A DNA stretch of 63,880 bases, the filler included, from Octopus bimaculoides (lineage: Eukaryota), in the NCBI RefSeq assembly GCF_001194135.2. It is 7 parts of 7 records of this genome, joined end to end, with 100 filler letters (N's around TTAATTAATTAA, not from the genome) between each part and the next. Parts side by side here need not be neighbours in the genome. Positions count along the whole stretch, not along the records: positions 37,582 to 47,822 come from NC_068984.1; positions 47,923 to 56,715 come from NC_068981.1; 5 more parts are not named here. One strand, 5' to 3'. The notes beneath the pieces were generated by a model that was not told the DNA's origin, did no database searches, and saw nothing but the letters and a program-made list of their open reading frames with translations. How positions within the stretch are numbered: the stretch's first letter is position 1; each line of letters opens with the position of its first letter. Positions 41,709-54,033 of the stretch are shown in pieces. A program made the position numbers and the translations under genes.

Positions 41709-43671
41709 TGCACAAACACATAGTCCTAGAATATTAACTATTATCAGCCCCCCACCCCACCCCCCTAACTCATGTCTGTTTAGAAATATGAATTAGAAAG
41801 AAACAGAAAAATTTGTTTTAATCAAATATTTTTCTTTTTCTCTTTAAATCAAAATATTTCCATTTATAAGGTTTATCTATCATTTGTTTTGTCTTTTTTC
41901 AATTTTTTTTTTTTTGTTTTTCCGGGGTTTCTTTGTTTTTGTTTGGTTGTTTTTTTTGGGGGTGGGGGGGGTCTTTTCCTTGATGGTGGGGTTCACAAAT
42001 TCTAAGATGAAGTGGAAGTTAATGTTTCCTGTAGATTTTGGTAGAAAGAAAGGAATTCCAGACATTAATATGCATCACCTACCTAGTTTAACCAACAATA
42101 ATGTATTCTTTTGTAATTTCTCTTGTAAATTTCAGTCCTGATCTTAATTGCTGTAGTTCAATGGAAGATCACTCCAGGATACATTAGTTCTTAAATTACA
42201 GAATCAGTTGCTTCGTCATGAAGAATACAATTTGCACAATTTCTAAAGGATCTCCACATTTTATAGCTATCTTGATGTTAAAACAGTTAGGATCTCTTCC
42301 GCTTTTATACCAATTGCAGCTAAATATTTTATACAACTTGACTCCTGTAACTCAGTTTCAGCTTCCCAGCCATCTAATTAAAAGCATTAATCTGAATAAC
42401 TAACTGTGTATCCGACACAATAAAAACTAATATCATTAAAAGAAAAAAAACTTAAATGGCAAAAATTTCGAAATCTATTCAAAATTTAATTAATAATTTT
42501 TAGGGTAATTATTTAACCAAAATTGATAAATTTGATTAAGTGATGCCAACTTCTCCAAAGCTGATAGTCAATTATCGGAAGCTTCATATTTGGTAACTGC
42601 TGCTCGGTTGAATAACTTTTCAATGAAACGTATAAGTGTGTTGTATGCACTGTCATTGCAGTGATTATATGTACTTAATTTAAACCGCAAGTTAGATCTC
42701 TTTACCAATCATTTAGTACCTCATAATTATTCCAAATTAATAATTATCGTTTTATTATTTTCATCTCCTTAAGAGGTTTAACCTCAGGGATTTATACTTT
42801 ATGATAGTTTTTTTTTTTCTTTATACAACTATAATAATTTCTACCAATCACATTGTTTGCTCATGTTACGTAACTTAGAATTTCCCAACCTTATATCTTT
42901 GTTGTGAATTGACTGATAATAGAGAATTCCTCTAAGTTAAGTCTGAGTCTAGTACTGGTGAGTCCCTAACTTCTGATGGAGTCCTAGGGCATTTTCAGAC
43001 CTTACAGAGTCTCCAAGTCTAAACATAGCCATTTCTTCTAGAGAGAAAGTTACTGAGAGAGAAGGCTCAGCCCTAGTAGAGGACTGATACTTTATTTGTC
43101 AAGCCCACAAGGATGAAAGACAAAGTTGACTTCAGCAGGATTTGAACTCAGAGCATAGAGAGCCAGAACGAACCCAGCAGAGCATTCTCTTTCAACGCCC
43201 CCCAACTTGACCAGTAATTGTGATTGTTTTATTAGATATGATTAGATTTGGGGATTCCTGACTATAACATCTGCAAGTTCTTGTCACATTTCTTTTTCAC
43301 TTGGAAATTTTTCTAACATACTCTAAGCTGATCTTGCAAATTGAGAGAATAAAAAAGAGAAAAGAAAGAAAGAAAAGAAAAAATACTGATGCCACTTTTT
43401 CTTCTGTCAGAATATGAAGTGAATATTTCAAGAAAGCGGCATGAATAATTGTCTTGGCATAATCATTGGAATGAATTAGTTAAGATTAAAAACAATTAAA
43501 AGAAGGGTTATGGCATTTTATCCATTAGTGTAATCACTGTTAGCTGGCTGTTATTTAAATAAAAGAAATATTCCTTTTTAGGGCTAACATTATTTAAGTG
43601 ATTAGTTACCCAAATAATTACTGCTTCTGGAATTTAGTTTGTTCAAGACTAAAACCTTCAGTTCTGCCTTT

Positions 43672-44340
43672 CATCATCATCATCATCATCATTATCATCG
43701 TCATTTAACTTCTGTTTTTCATGCTGGCATGGGCTGAACATTTTGACAGGAAGGCCAGAAGCCACACCAGGTTCCATAGTCAGTTTTGGCATGGTGTCTA
43801 CAGTTGGATCATCACTATCATCATCATTTAACATCCGCTTTCCATTCTGGCATGGGTTTAACAGTTTGACTGAAAACTGGTAAGCTGGGGAGCTGCACCA
43901 GGTTCCAATCTGATTTGGCAAGGTTTCTATGACTGGATGCCCTTCCTAACGCCAACCCCTCCAGGAATGTAGTGGGTGCTTGTTTTGTGCCACCAGTATC
44001 AGCCACGACTACAATCTCACTTGGCTTGACAGGTCTACACAAGCACGGTATACTGCCAAAGGTCTTGGTCACCATGCGGTTCAACACTTGAATGGTGCTT
44101 TTTACATGCTACCCGCACCGGTGCCAATCTGACAGCACTGGCTTTGGCCATGACTATAGTTTCACCTAGCTTGACAGGTCTTCCTAATGCCAACCACTTT
44201 ACAAGTAGCACTGGCACAGGTACTTTTTGCATGACACTCATGCGGGTGCTTTCTGTGTGACACTAGCACAGGCACACTTTATGTGGCACTGGCTTTTTCA
44301 ATGGCACCAGCACAGGTGCTTCCTATGTGACACCAGCACT
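43672..44340 (-). mobile_element. Two adjacent copies of a (GAT)n-tailed non-coding retroposon with internal ~27-bp sub-repeats
   Basis: Reverse complement of the plus copies at 58520-58750 and 61185-61305 (ttaggaagggcatccag...ccatgc.agcatggaaagc.gacgttaaacgatgatgat); agcacaggtgct-like degenerate units at 44200-44340. Confidence 0.7.
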
Positions 44341-45243
44341 TTGACAGTAAAATTAAATAACAAAGTTGAAATAGAAAATGCCATTTTCTTCTCATAAAAG
44401 ACCTCCAGACTGATTTATACTGTTATTGTAAAAAAAAATATCTATCATGTTTTCCTTTGCAAAGAAATTTAAAAATAAAAAAACTGGTTGATAAATTTAG
44501 TTATTCTGTTATTCTGTTATCAATGATAGCTTTATAAATTTTATTGATATTGATAGTGACACTATCATTTATTTATTATATTTTTCTTCTTAGTCCATCT
44601 GAGCAAATCACCACATGCATACATGTTGTTCTTCAGCTCTGTCTCAGTTCTGACTGAGTAGACCTTTTGATCAAAGGCATTCCAGCCATGACCACCTCAT
44701 ATTTTTTTTAGCACTACGTATCTAGGACTACATTCTTATCAGATATGTCCTTCCATACATAGAATATCAATGTGTGGTTTAAGAAAGATTTGGCTGTTGT
44801 TTCTAGCAGATTAAGCAGCCATGCAGAATCCACACACACATACACACACACCTTATTGGCTAATATGTATCTATGTATTCATAATAGGTGTGGAATAAGT
44901 GTTAATAGGGTTGATGACTTGCATTCTTAATTTCCAGTCTGTGGAATTAATTTGTCTATTAATGAATATTCTACGCAATTGTTTGTCAGCTATCTAATTA
45001 ATTATAAGGTGAAAGAACCTTCCTTAATTCTGCATCTAATTGACCATAGTCTCACTGATATGTGGGCAGTGCTAATAATCAAATTATCCATTTGTAACAG
45101 TGTTCCGTCGAGGCAAACTTTTACGAAGCCTAACATTAATATCTTTGATTAAAAGGTTTGAAATTCTGTTCCTGAGTTAGACAACCTCGGCTTAATGGCT
45201 TTTCTCTTTGTTTTATTTTTCGTGTGTGTGTGTGTAATGTATG

Positions 45244-45291
<48 letters not shown>

Positions 45292-47228
45292 NNNNNNNNN
45301 NNNNNNNNNNNNNNNNNNNNNNNNNNNNNNNNNNNNNNNNNNNNNNNNNNNNNNNNNNNNNNNNNNNNNNNNNNNNNNNNNNNNNNNNNNNNNNNNNNNN
45401 NNNNNNNNNNNNNNNNNNNNNNNNNNNNNNNNNNNNNNNNNNNNNNNNNNNNNNNNNNNNNNNNNNNNNNNNNNNNNNNNNNNNNNNNNNNNNNNNNNNN
45501 NNNNNNNNNNNNNNNNNNNNNNNNNNNNNNNNNNNNNNNNNNNNNNNNNNNNNNNNNNNNNNNNNNNNNNNNNNNNNNNNNNNNNNNNNNNNNNNNNNNN
45601 NNNNNNNNNNNTTTTTTTTTTTTTTTTTTTTGTAAATTTTCCTAATGATCCATTAATTTTTGCCCCCCCCCCCCAACACATACACACGCATGCATGCACA
45701 TATGCTCTTTCTCTCACTTTCACTTTCTTTTCCTCACACACATACACACGTCCATACTCTCACTCACTCCCTCTTTCTCTCTCACGTACACACATTCTCA
45801 CGTGCATGCTTACCCGTGTGCATGCATACTAACGCACGCTTGTATGCGCACGCATACACAAGTACCCCTGTGCACTCATATTCTGATGCTCACATACCCA
45901 TGCACACGTACCCGCACCCCCCCCCACACACACACACAATACCCATGCACATGCATACACAGACATGCTTACATGTGCGTGCACACTCGCATTCACATTT
46001 CTACTCACATGTGCACAGCCTTATACATATTCAAGTACACATGTATACACATACACACATGTATGGATAATCACCCATATATACACACACACACACATAC
46101 ACACACACCTAACAAGATAGTGTGTTACTGAAGAGATTTAAACACTAAATTAGATACAAAATGTAATTAAATGACTAATTTATCCACATCATTTTCATGG
46201 ACTCTCTATATATCTGTCTGATTGTCTGTCTGTCTGTCCCACCCAGTTTCCCCCCGCCCTCCCTCCNNNNNNNNNNNNNNNNNNNNNNNNNNNNNNNNNN
46301 NNNNNNNNNNNNNNNNNNNNNNNNNNNNNNNNNNNNNNNNNNNNNNNNNNNNNNNNNNNNNNNNNNNNNNNNNNNNNNNNNNNNNNNNNNNNNNNNNNNN
46401 NNNNNNNNNNNNNNNNNNNNNNNNNNNNNNNNNNNNNNNNNNNNNNNNNNNNNNNNNNNNNNNNNNNNNNNNNNNNNNNNNNNNNNNNNNNNNNNNNNNN
46501 NNNNNNNNNNNNNNNNNNNNNNNNNNNNNNNNNNNNNNNNNNNNNNNNNNNNNNNNNNNNNNNNNNNNNNNNNNNNNNNNNNNNNNNNNNNNNNNNNNNN
46601 NNNNNNNNNNNNNNNNNNNNNNNNNNNNNNNNNNNNNNNNNNNNNNNNNNNNNNNNNNNNNNNNNNNNNNNNNNNNNNNNNNNNNNNNNNNNNNNNNNNN
46701 NNNNNNNNNNNNNNNNNNNNNNNNNNNNNNNNNNNNNNNNNNNNNNNNNNNNNNNNNNNNNNNNNNNNNNNNNNNNNNNNNNNNNNNNNNNNNNNNNNNN
46801 NNNNNNNNNNNNNNNNNNNNNNNNNNNNNNNNNNNNNNNNNNNNNNNNNNNNNNNNNNNNNNNNNNNNNNNNNNNNNNNNNNNNNNNNNNNNNNNNNNNN
46901 NNNNNNNNNNNNNNNNNNNNNNNNNNNNNNNNNNNNNNNNNNNNNNNNNNNNNNNNNNNNNNNNNNNNNNNNNNNNNNNNNNNNNNNNNNNNNNNNNNNN
47001 NNNNNNNNNNNNNNNNNNNNNNNNNNNNNNNNATGAAGCAGTCATATATATATATATATATATATTTGTGTGTACACGTGTGTATATGTGTATGTATATA
47101 TATGTATGTATCTATGCATATGTGTATATATGTGTCTATATTTATGCTTGTGTCTATGTATTTATGTTTATGTATATATATATTTATGTATATATATATG
47201 TTTATGTATATGCATTTATGTATGTCCG

Positions 47229-47276
<48 letters not shown>

Positions 47277-48389
47277 TATACACACAGACAAAAATAAATA
47301 TAAGATGGGTGGAATTAAAAAAAAAATAGAGAAGTGTTAACTTTTTATTTACTTATTCATTTATTTTTTTCTTAAATTGTTTTAACCTAAATTCTGAGGA
47401 AATACACAAACTAAATTGTTGTGCATAGTGTTAGAATATGTAACTGAATTACAGATATCTGCTAAGCTTCTGTTGCATTTGTTACTACTTATTTGAACTT
47501 GCTTCCATTATCACTCGCACACTTCTGCATACAGTCATACATACATACATACATACATACATACATACATACATACATACATACATACATACATACATAC
47601 ATACATACATACATACATACATACATACATACATACATACATGCATGCATGTATGCATGCATGCAAATGCACTCGTGCACACTCAGACTGACAACCACAT
47701 TTATCTGCACCATGCAATCATAGATATCACTCACACACATATAGTTCTTTGATATAATATATATATTTGTTTTGATGTGTGTGTGTGTGTGCATATATAT
47801 GTGTGTGTGTGTGTCTATGTATNNNNNNNNNNNNNNNNNNNNNNNNNNNNNNNNNNNNNNNNNNNNTTAATTAATTAANNNNNNNNNNNNNNNNNNNNNN
47901 NNNNNNNNNNNNNNNNNNNNNNCCAAGGAGGCTATTGTACAATTTCTTGCACAAATATTTCTGGAATCCCCCTACCGAGTTGGGGTAGAGGGATTTTATT
48001 TTGTTGTGTATTGCTGGTGTTACATGATAAATTTTAATATGTTTTGGCGGTGTTGTGCATGGGTGGTTGTTTGTTTTTATGTCGTTATTTGTGATGTTTG
48101 TTTTAGAGTTGATGTAATTCATCAACTCTGTGTTTGTAGTGTCTATTGCTGTTAGCATTGTTTTTGGTGTGTTATCATTGGTGTTTATCGTGTAGGCGTT
48201 GGGAGTGTTTTCGGGAGATGTGAATCTCCCTAGATAGATAGATAGATAAATAGATAGATAGATAGATAGATAGATAGTAGACTCACAGACTACCGAATGC
48301 AAAAAGAGAAAAAAATTCTGAATATGTAAATCTATAGTTTTAAGTTATGGACCTAATATTTCAAGTTACTCTAATTATCAAAATAACAT

Positions 48390-49000
48390 AGGCACAGACA
48401 CGGCTGTGGGGTTATGAAGTTCACTTTGGAGCAACATGGTTCTGGGTTCAGTTCCATTGCGTGGTATCTTGGTCAAGTGTCTTCTATAGTTCCAATTGAC
48501 AAATGCTATGTTGTAAATTTGGTAGACGGAAACTGTTTGGAAGCCCGTCGTATATACATGTGTTATTTTTTTACTACCCACAAGGGGCTACACACAGAGG
48601 GGACAAACAAGGACAAACAAACGGATTAAGTCGATTATACCGACCCCAGTGCGTAACTGGTACTTATTTGATCGACCCCGAAAGGATGAAAGGCAAAGTT
48701 GACCTCGGCGGAATTTGAACTCAGAACGTAGCGGCAGACGAAATACCGCTAAGCATTTCGCCCGGCGTGCTAACGTTTCTGCCAGTTCGCATACACATGT
48801 GTTTCTTTGTGTTTTCGTATCTGTTTTTGTCATCCACCTCGCTTGATGGTACTAGTTTTATTTACGCCCCTGTAACTTAGCAGCTCGGTCTCAGAGACCG
48901 ATGGACTTTAAAACAATAAGTACCGAGGTCGATTTGTTCGGCTAAAGTGGTGCCCCAGTATGGCTGCGGTCCAACAACTGAAATAAGTAAAGGATAAAAG
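48390..49000 (+). mobile_element. SINE family A interrupted by a minus-strand SINE B (about 48565-48790)
   Basis: The A head and body end at aagcccgtcgtatatacatgtg and resume after the B copy; 13-bp TSD atatacatgtgtt/atacacatgtgtt. Confidence 0.85.
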
Positions 49001-49710
49001 ATGCCTAACCAGGATGTTATTATAGCGATGAATTACAAACTCATTCTTAGTTTATAAACTGTTGAACTGACGAAATTTAAACAATATTAAGATATTGAGA
49101 AAAACAACGCACTTTAATATTTTCAAAACAATCGCATTTCTGTTCTCCTACATAAATACTCCCCACTCAGATGAGAAAATACCATAAAGAAGGATGTCCT
49201 GAAGAGTTCCCGGGCAAATACATGAATACAGCTCTGTGCTATACCCGCCAAGAAAAGACCTGATTGACCTGATATTTGAAGAAAACTGAAGAGCAGTGTT
49301 TCCGTTAAGCTGTATCATCGTGAGCGCGCACACGTTTTACAGTCAGCGCATAAGTAAAAATGTGTGCGCCCAAGGTTTTCAAGATAAAATCGAGTCCTTT
49401 TAATTGAAAAATACTTAGCGATGGTTAGTCACATGGATGTGTTCAGATTTTGCAAAATAAAACAAAATTGTACACGAGCAGGTATGGTTATACGGTTAAG
49501 AAGTAAGGAGATCGCTTGGCTACCGCATGGTTTCGGGTTCAATCCCACTGCATGACGCCTTGGTCAACTAATACCTTGTGAATGAATTTGGTAGTCAGAA
49601 ACTGTATAGAAGCCCGTCTGTTTATGTGTACATATATATAGTCGAAATTTACAGAAAAACAAAAGACGAAGACAGGTGTATGAACAACAAACATATGTAT
49701 TAGTTTGACG

Positions 49711-49752
<42 letters not shown>

Positions 49753-50370
49753 NNNNNNNNNNNNNNNNNNNNNNNNNNNNNNNNNNNNNNNNNNNNNNNN
49801 NNNNNNNNNNNNNNNNNNNNNNNNNNNNNNNNNNNNNNNNNNNNNNNNNNNNNNNNNNNNNNNNNNNNNNNNNNNNNNNNNNNNNNNNNNNNNNNNNNNN
49901 NNNNNNNNNNNNNNNNNNNNNNNNNNNNNNNNNNNNNNNNNNNNNNNNNNNNNNNNNNNNNNNNNNNNNNNNNNNNNNNNNNNNNNNNNNNNNNNNNNNN
50001 NNNNNNNNNNNNNNNNNNNNNNNNNNNNNNNNNNNNNNNNNNNNNNNNNNNNNNNNNNNNNNNNNNNNNNNNNNNNNNNNNNNNNNNNNNNNNNNNNNNN
50101 NNNNNNNNNNNNNNNNNNNNNNNNNNNNNNNNNNNNNNNNNNNNNNNNNNNNNNNNNNNNNNNNNNNNNNNNNNNNNNNNNNNNNNNNNNNNNNNNNNNN
50201 NNNNNNNNNNNNNNNNNNNNNNNNNNNNNNNNNNNNNNNNNNNNNNNNNNNNNNNNNNNNNNNNNNNNNNNNNNNNNNNNNNNNNNNNNNNNNNNNNNNN
50301 NNNNNNNNNNNNNNNNNNNNNNNNNNNNNNNNNNNNNNNNNNNNNNNNNNNNNNNNNNNNNNNNNNNNNN

Positions 50371-50806
50371 TCCGGCGTGCTAACGTTTCTTATTTCTTTA
50401 CTGCCCACAAGGGGCTAAACATAGAGGGGACAAACAAGGACAGACAAACGGATTAAGTCGATTACATCGACCCCAGTGCGTAACTGGTACTTAATTTATC
50501 GACCCCGAAAGAATGAAAGCTAAAGTCGACCTCGGCGGAATTTGAACTCAGAACGTAACGGCAGACGAAATACCGCTAAGAATTTCGCCCGGCGTGCTAA
50601 CGTTTCTTATTTCTTTATTGCCCACAAGGGACTAAACATAGAGGGGACAAACAAGGACAGACAAAGGGGTTAAGTTGATTACATCGACCCCAGTGTGTAG
50701 GGCAAAGTCGACCTCGGCGGAATTTGAACTCTGGACGTAACGGCAGACGAAATACCGCCAAGCATTTCGCCCGGTGTGCTAACGTTTCTGCCAGCTCGCC
50801 GCCTTA
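50371..50806 (-). repeat. Head-to-tail tandem array of SINE family B (at least 3 units, cut by a gap)
   Basis: ctaacgtttct recurs at 50380, 50597 and 50779; periods of 217 and 182 bp. Confidence 0.9.
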
Positions 50807-51744
50807 ATTGGTTAAAATCAATAGCACAGTACTAATCGACTCGGTACATATTGTACAAATTAAGTATGAATGACTGGGTTCTAGTGCTCTTTTCACTGTT
50901 AAAAATTTAAAAGGTCCATATCCAAGGAATAATCGAACGAACTTATATGATCCAAGACACGCAATCCTTGAGTATTTTATCTTCTTAAGGCTATCTTGAA
51001 CCGCATTATCTAATGTGTATCTCCTCTTTTTAAAGAGTAGTGTGCGATCTAAAGGAGATTTTTTGCTATTTCTAGCTGGTCGAATGCCACTCCTGCGTTA
51101 ACTTACAAAGTGTTTACTTCTAACTGTTGCGTTTTTCTTGTGAAATCCTCGTGCTGCATCAAATTCGTTTTTTTTAAAAACTTAATTCAAAGAAAGGACC
51201 GTGACCACGACCTTTCTGTGATCTCCCAGATTGGTCACTTCAGTTTATTATGATGGCTAGATGTGTGGCAGCAGAAAAAATTCGAGTATGTGAGAAATAT
51301 GTTAATATGAGGCTTCGTTGATTCGTAACTAGTCACTGAGTTTAACTATTTTTAGGTCTTAAGGAGAAAGTCTAGCCATTGGCATGCACATAGATTTAAC
51401 GAGAGCTAACTACGTTGCATCCGGGTAACGCCTGTGTGCGGTATTCTGGGAAAAATGAAGAGTGTTAACATCTGCAAGTAAATAAGCATTGTCAGAGGTC
51501 ACAGCAAACAGAACGTTACTGGAAGAAGTATTTGGAAGACGTTACCGAATGTTGAGATACGCCAAAGTTGATAGTATGAATCACAGAGAATACCACCAGC
51601 GCTCGTAGTGGTGATGTCATTTCACTGGAAGTTTCCAAACGAATTTATTTGACGACCCAATATGAAAGATGTGATCCACCTAAAAGAAATGCTTCAATTC
51701 TCTTAGGAAGAGTTTACTTGTTCCAGTCATTAGACTGCAGCCAT

Positions 51745-51959
51745 AACACGGCGAGCTGGCAGAAACGTTAGCACGCCGGGCGAAATACTTAGCGGTATTT
51801 CGTCTGCCGTTACGTTCTGAGTTCAAATTCCGCCGAGGTCGACTTTGCCTTTCATCCTTTCGGGGTCGATGAATTAAGTACCAGTTGCGTACTGAGGTCG
51901 ATCTAATCGACTGGCCCCTCCAAAAAAATTTCGGGCCTTATGCCTACAGTAGAATAGAA
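51745..51959 (+). mobile_element. SINE family B (alternative tail) inserted in a SINE A tail
   Basis: 15-bp TSD ttagactgcagccat (51730-51744) / ttagactgcggccat (51960-51974). Confidence 0.85.
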
Positions 51960-52279
51960 TTAGACTGCGGCCATGCTGAGGCACCGCCTTGAAGAATTTT
52001 AGCCAAATCAATCGATCCCACGACTTTTTTTGAAGCCTGGCACTTATTCTTTCGGTCTCTTTTGTNNNNNNNNNNNNNNNNNNNNNNNNNNNNNNNNNNN
52101 NNNNNNNNNNNNNNNNNNNNNNNNNNNNNNNNNNNNNNNNNNNNNNNNNNNNNNNNNNNNNNNNNNNNNNNNNNNNNNNNNNNNNNNNNNNNNNNNNNNN
52201 NNNNNNNNNNNNNNNNNNNNNNNNNNNNNNNNNNNNNNNNNNNNNNNNNNNNNNNNNNNNNNNNNNNNNNNNNNNNNNN

Positions 52280-52334
<55 letters not shown>

Positions 52335-52729
52335 GTGTGTATTTGTGTGTTTGTCCTCCACCATTGCTTGACAACCGATGTTGGAGTGTTTAAGTCCCCG
52401 TAACTAAGCAGTTCGGCAAAAAAGACTGATAGAGTAAGTACTAGGCTTACAAAGAATAAGTCCTAGGGTCGATTTGTTCGACTAAAAGTGGTGAATGTAA
52501 AAGGTTCCATACTCTTTATTATTATTATTAATATTAATATACATTCCAGACAACTTTTACTGTCCAACGGAGAGTTCGCGAATTGTCTATTGGAAGAATT
52601 CACGCAATGACTAACAACTAAAGGTAGTCACAGACGTCAGCTACTGATCGCTGTGGTTAGCCGTTAACTGGAATTTAAATGAGAGCTAATATGGTGTCTA
52701 CCCGTATAATATATCCGGCCAAACTTACT

Positions 52730-52760
<31 letters not shown>

Positions 52761-53717
52761 CCGTGTCCACCCAACCGCGTAACAGCTGGTGCTGGTCTGT
52801 TTATGTCTCCGTAACGGAGCGGTTCGACAAAAGTAACCGATAGAATAAACACTAGGCTTTAAAAAAAAAAAACTAAGTATTGGCATCAATTCGATCGACT
52901 AAAATTCTTCAAGGCGGTATTCCAGCATGGCTGCAGTCTAATGGCTGGAACAAATAAAAGATAAAAATTAAAAAAAAAACTAGGTATTTGATACAGCTGA
53001 AAGTGGAGACGTTAACAGGATACTAAAAACTAAAGGAAGAGAAAACCAGCAAAAGAATTTCCGCAGCTGCCAGACAAGACAAGAGGTAGTTACTTATGAA
53101 TGAATGCATCGACACTTTCGTTATCGCTGGTGTTTTTTTGTCAATGATTGGTCTTTACGATAGAAGTAAGCACATCACTACGTCAATGAATCGGATTCGT
53201 GAAATTAAGTCAATAGACCGACTAGAATAACCACACAAAGAACTTCTATGTTGCCATTTATCTTTTAAGTGAACCCAGTTACTTTCCACTCAAACTGAAA
53301 CAACAAGGAGATAAAAGATTGAAGTAAATAAACTAGGTGTAGGCGTGCCTGTGTGGTAAGAAGTTTGCTTCCCAGCCACTTGGTTTCGGTTTCAGTCCCA
53401 CTGCATGGTATTTTAGGCTAATATTTTTACGATAGCCCCAGGCCTATCAAAGCCATGTGGGTTGACTTGGTAGACAGAAACTGAAAGAAGCTCGTCACAT
53501 ATATACAAAAATGTGTTTGTGTGTTTTTCCCCACAACCAATTGACAACCGGTTTTGTTTATTTACGTACATCAACTTAGCGGTTCTGTTGGGGCCGATTT
53601 GTTCGACTAAACTGACAGAACCCTTCATGACAATGCCCCGACATAGCTGCAGTCTAATAAGTGAAACAAGTAAAAGATAACTGGTTAAAATTAACGGAAA
53701 CCGTTCCTCCATTCTCG

Positions 53718-53748
<31 letters not shown>

Positions 53749-53753
<5 letters not shown>

Positions 53754-54033
53754 TAAGGGCATTACTCTACTTAAATGACTCACACTACGAGGGACTCTTA
53801 AAGTCAAAACTACCATAATAAACACATTCTACTGAACGCGAGGGAATGCAACTGCCGAAGCGAGCACCTTAAAAACATGAAATTATATGATCTGCGACTG
53901 AATCTGTTTTTAAGGTACTCGCTTCAAGAGTTGCATTCCCTCGCGTTCGGTAGAATGTGTTTATTATGGTAGTTTTGACTTTAAGAGTCCCTCGTAGCGT
54001 GAGGCATTTATGTATAGTAATGCCCTTAATATA
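53749..54033. mobile_element. 285-bp foldback MITE: ~129-bp arms, 27-bp spacer, TA ends
   Basis: The left arm tatattaagggcattact...gcgagcaccttaaaaaca is the near-perfect reverse complement of tgtttttaaggtactcgc...agtaatgcccttaatata. Confidence 0.88.

Noticed and set aside
42200-42375. DGWEAETELQESSCIKY resembling a C-type lectin start
   Set aside because: The frame stops after about 35 codons with no donor or further CTL motifs.
44200-44340. ~27-bp spaced repeats resembling a CRISPR array
   Set aside because: Degenerate tandem units without unique spacers, inside a eukaryotic retroposon; no cas genes.
45680-46110. Long, diverse purine-pyrimidine alternating tract giving His-rich ORFs
   Set aside because: Decayed CA/TA/CATG microsatellite mosaic, common across the window; not coding.
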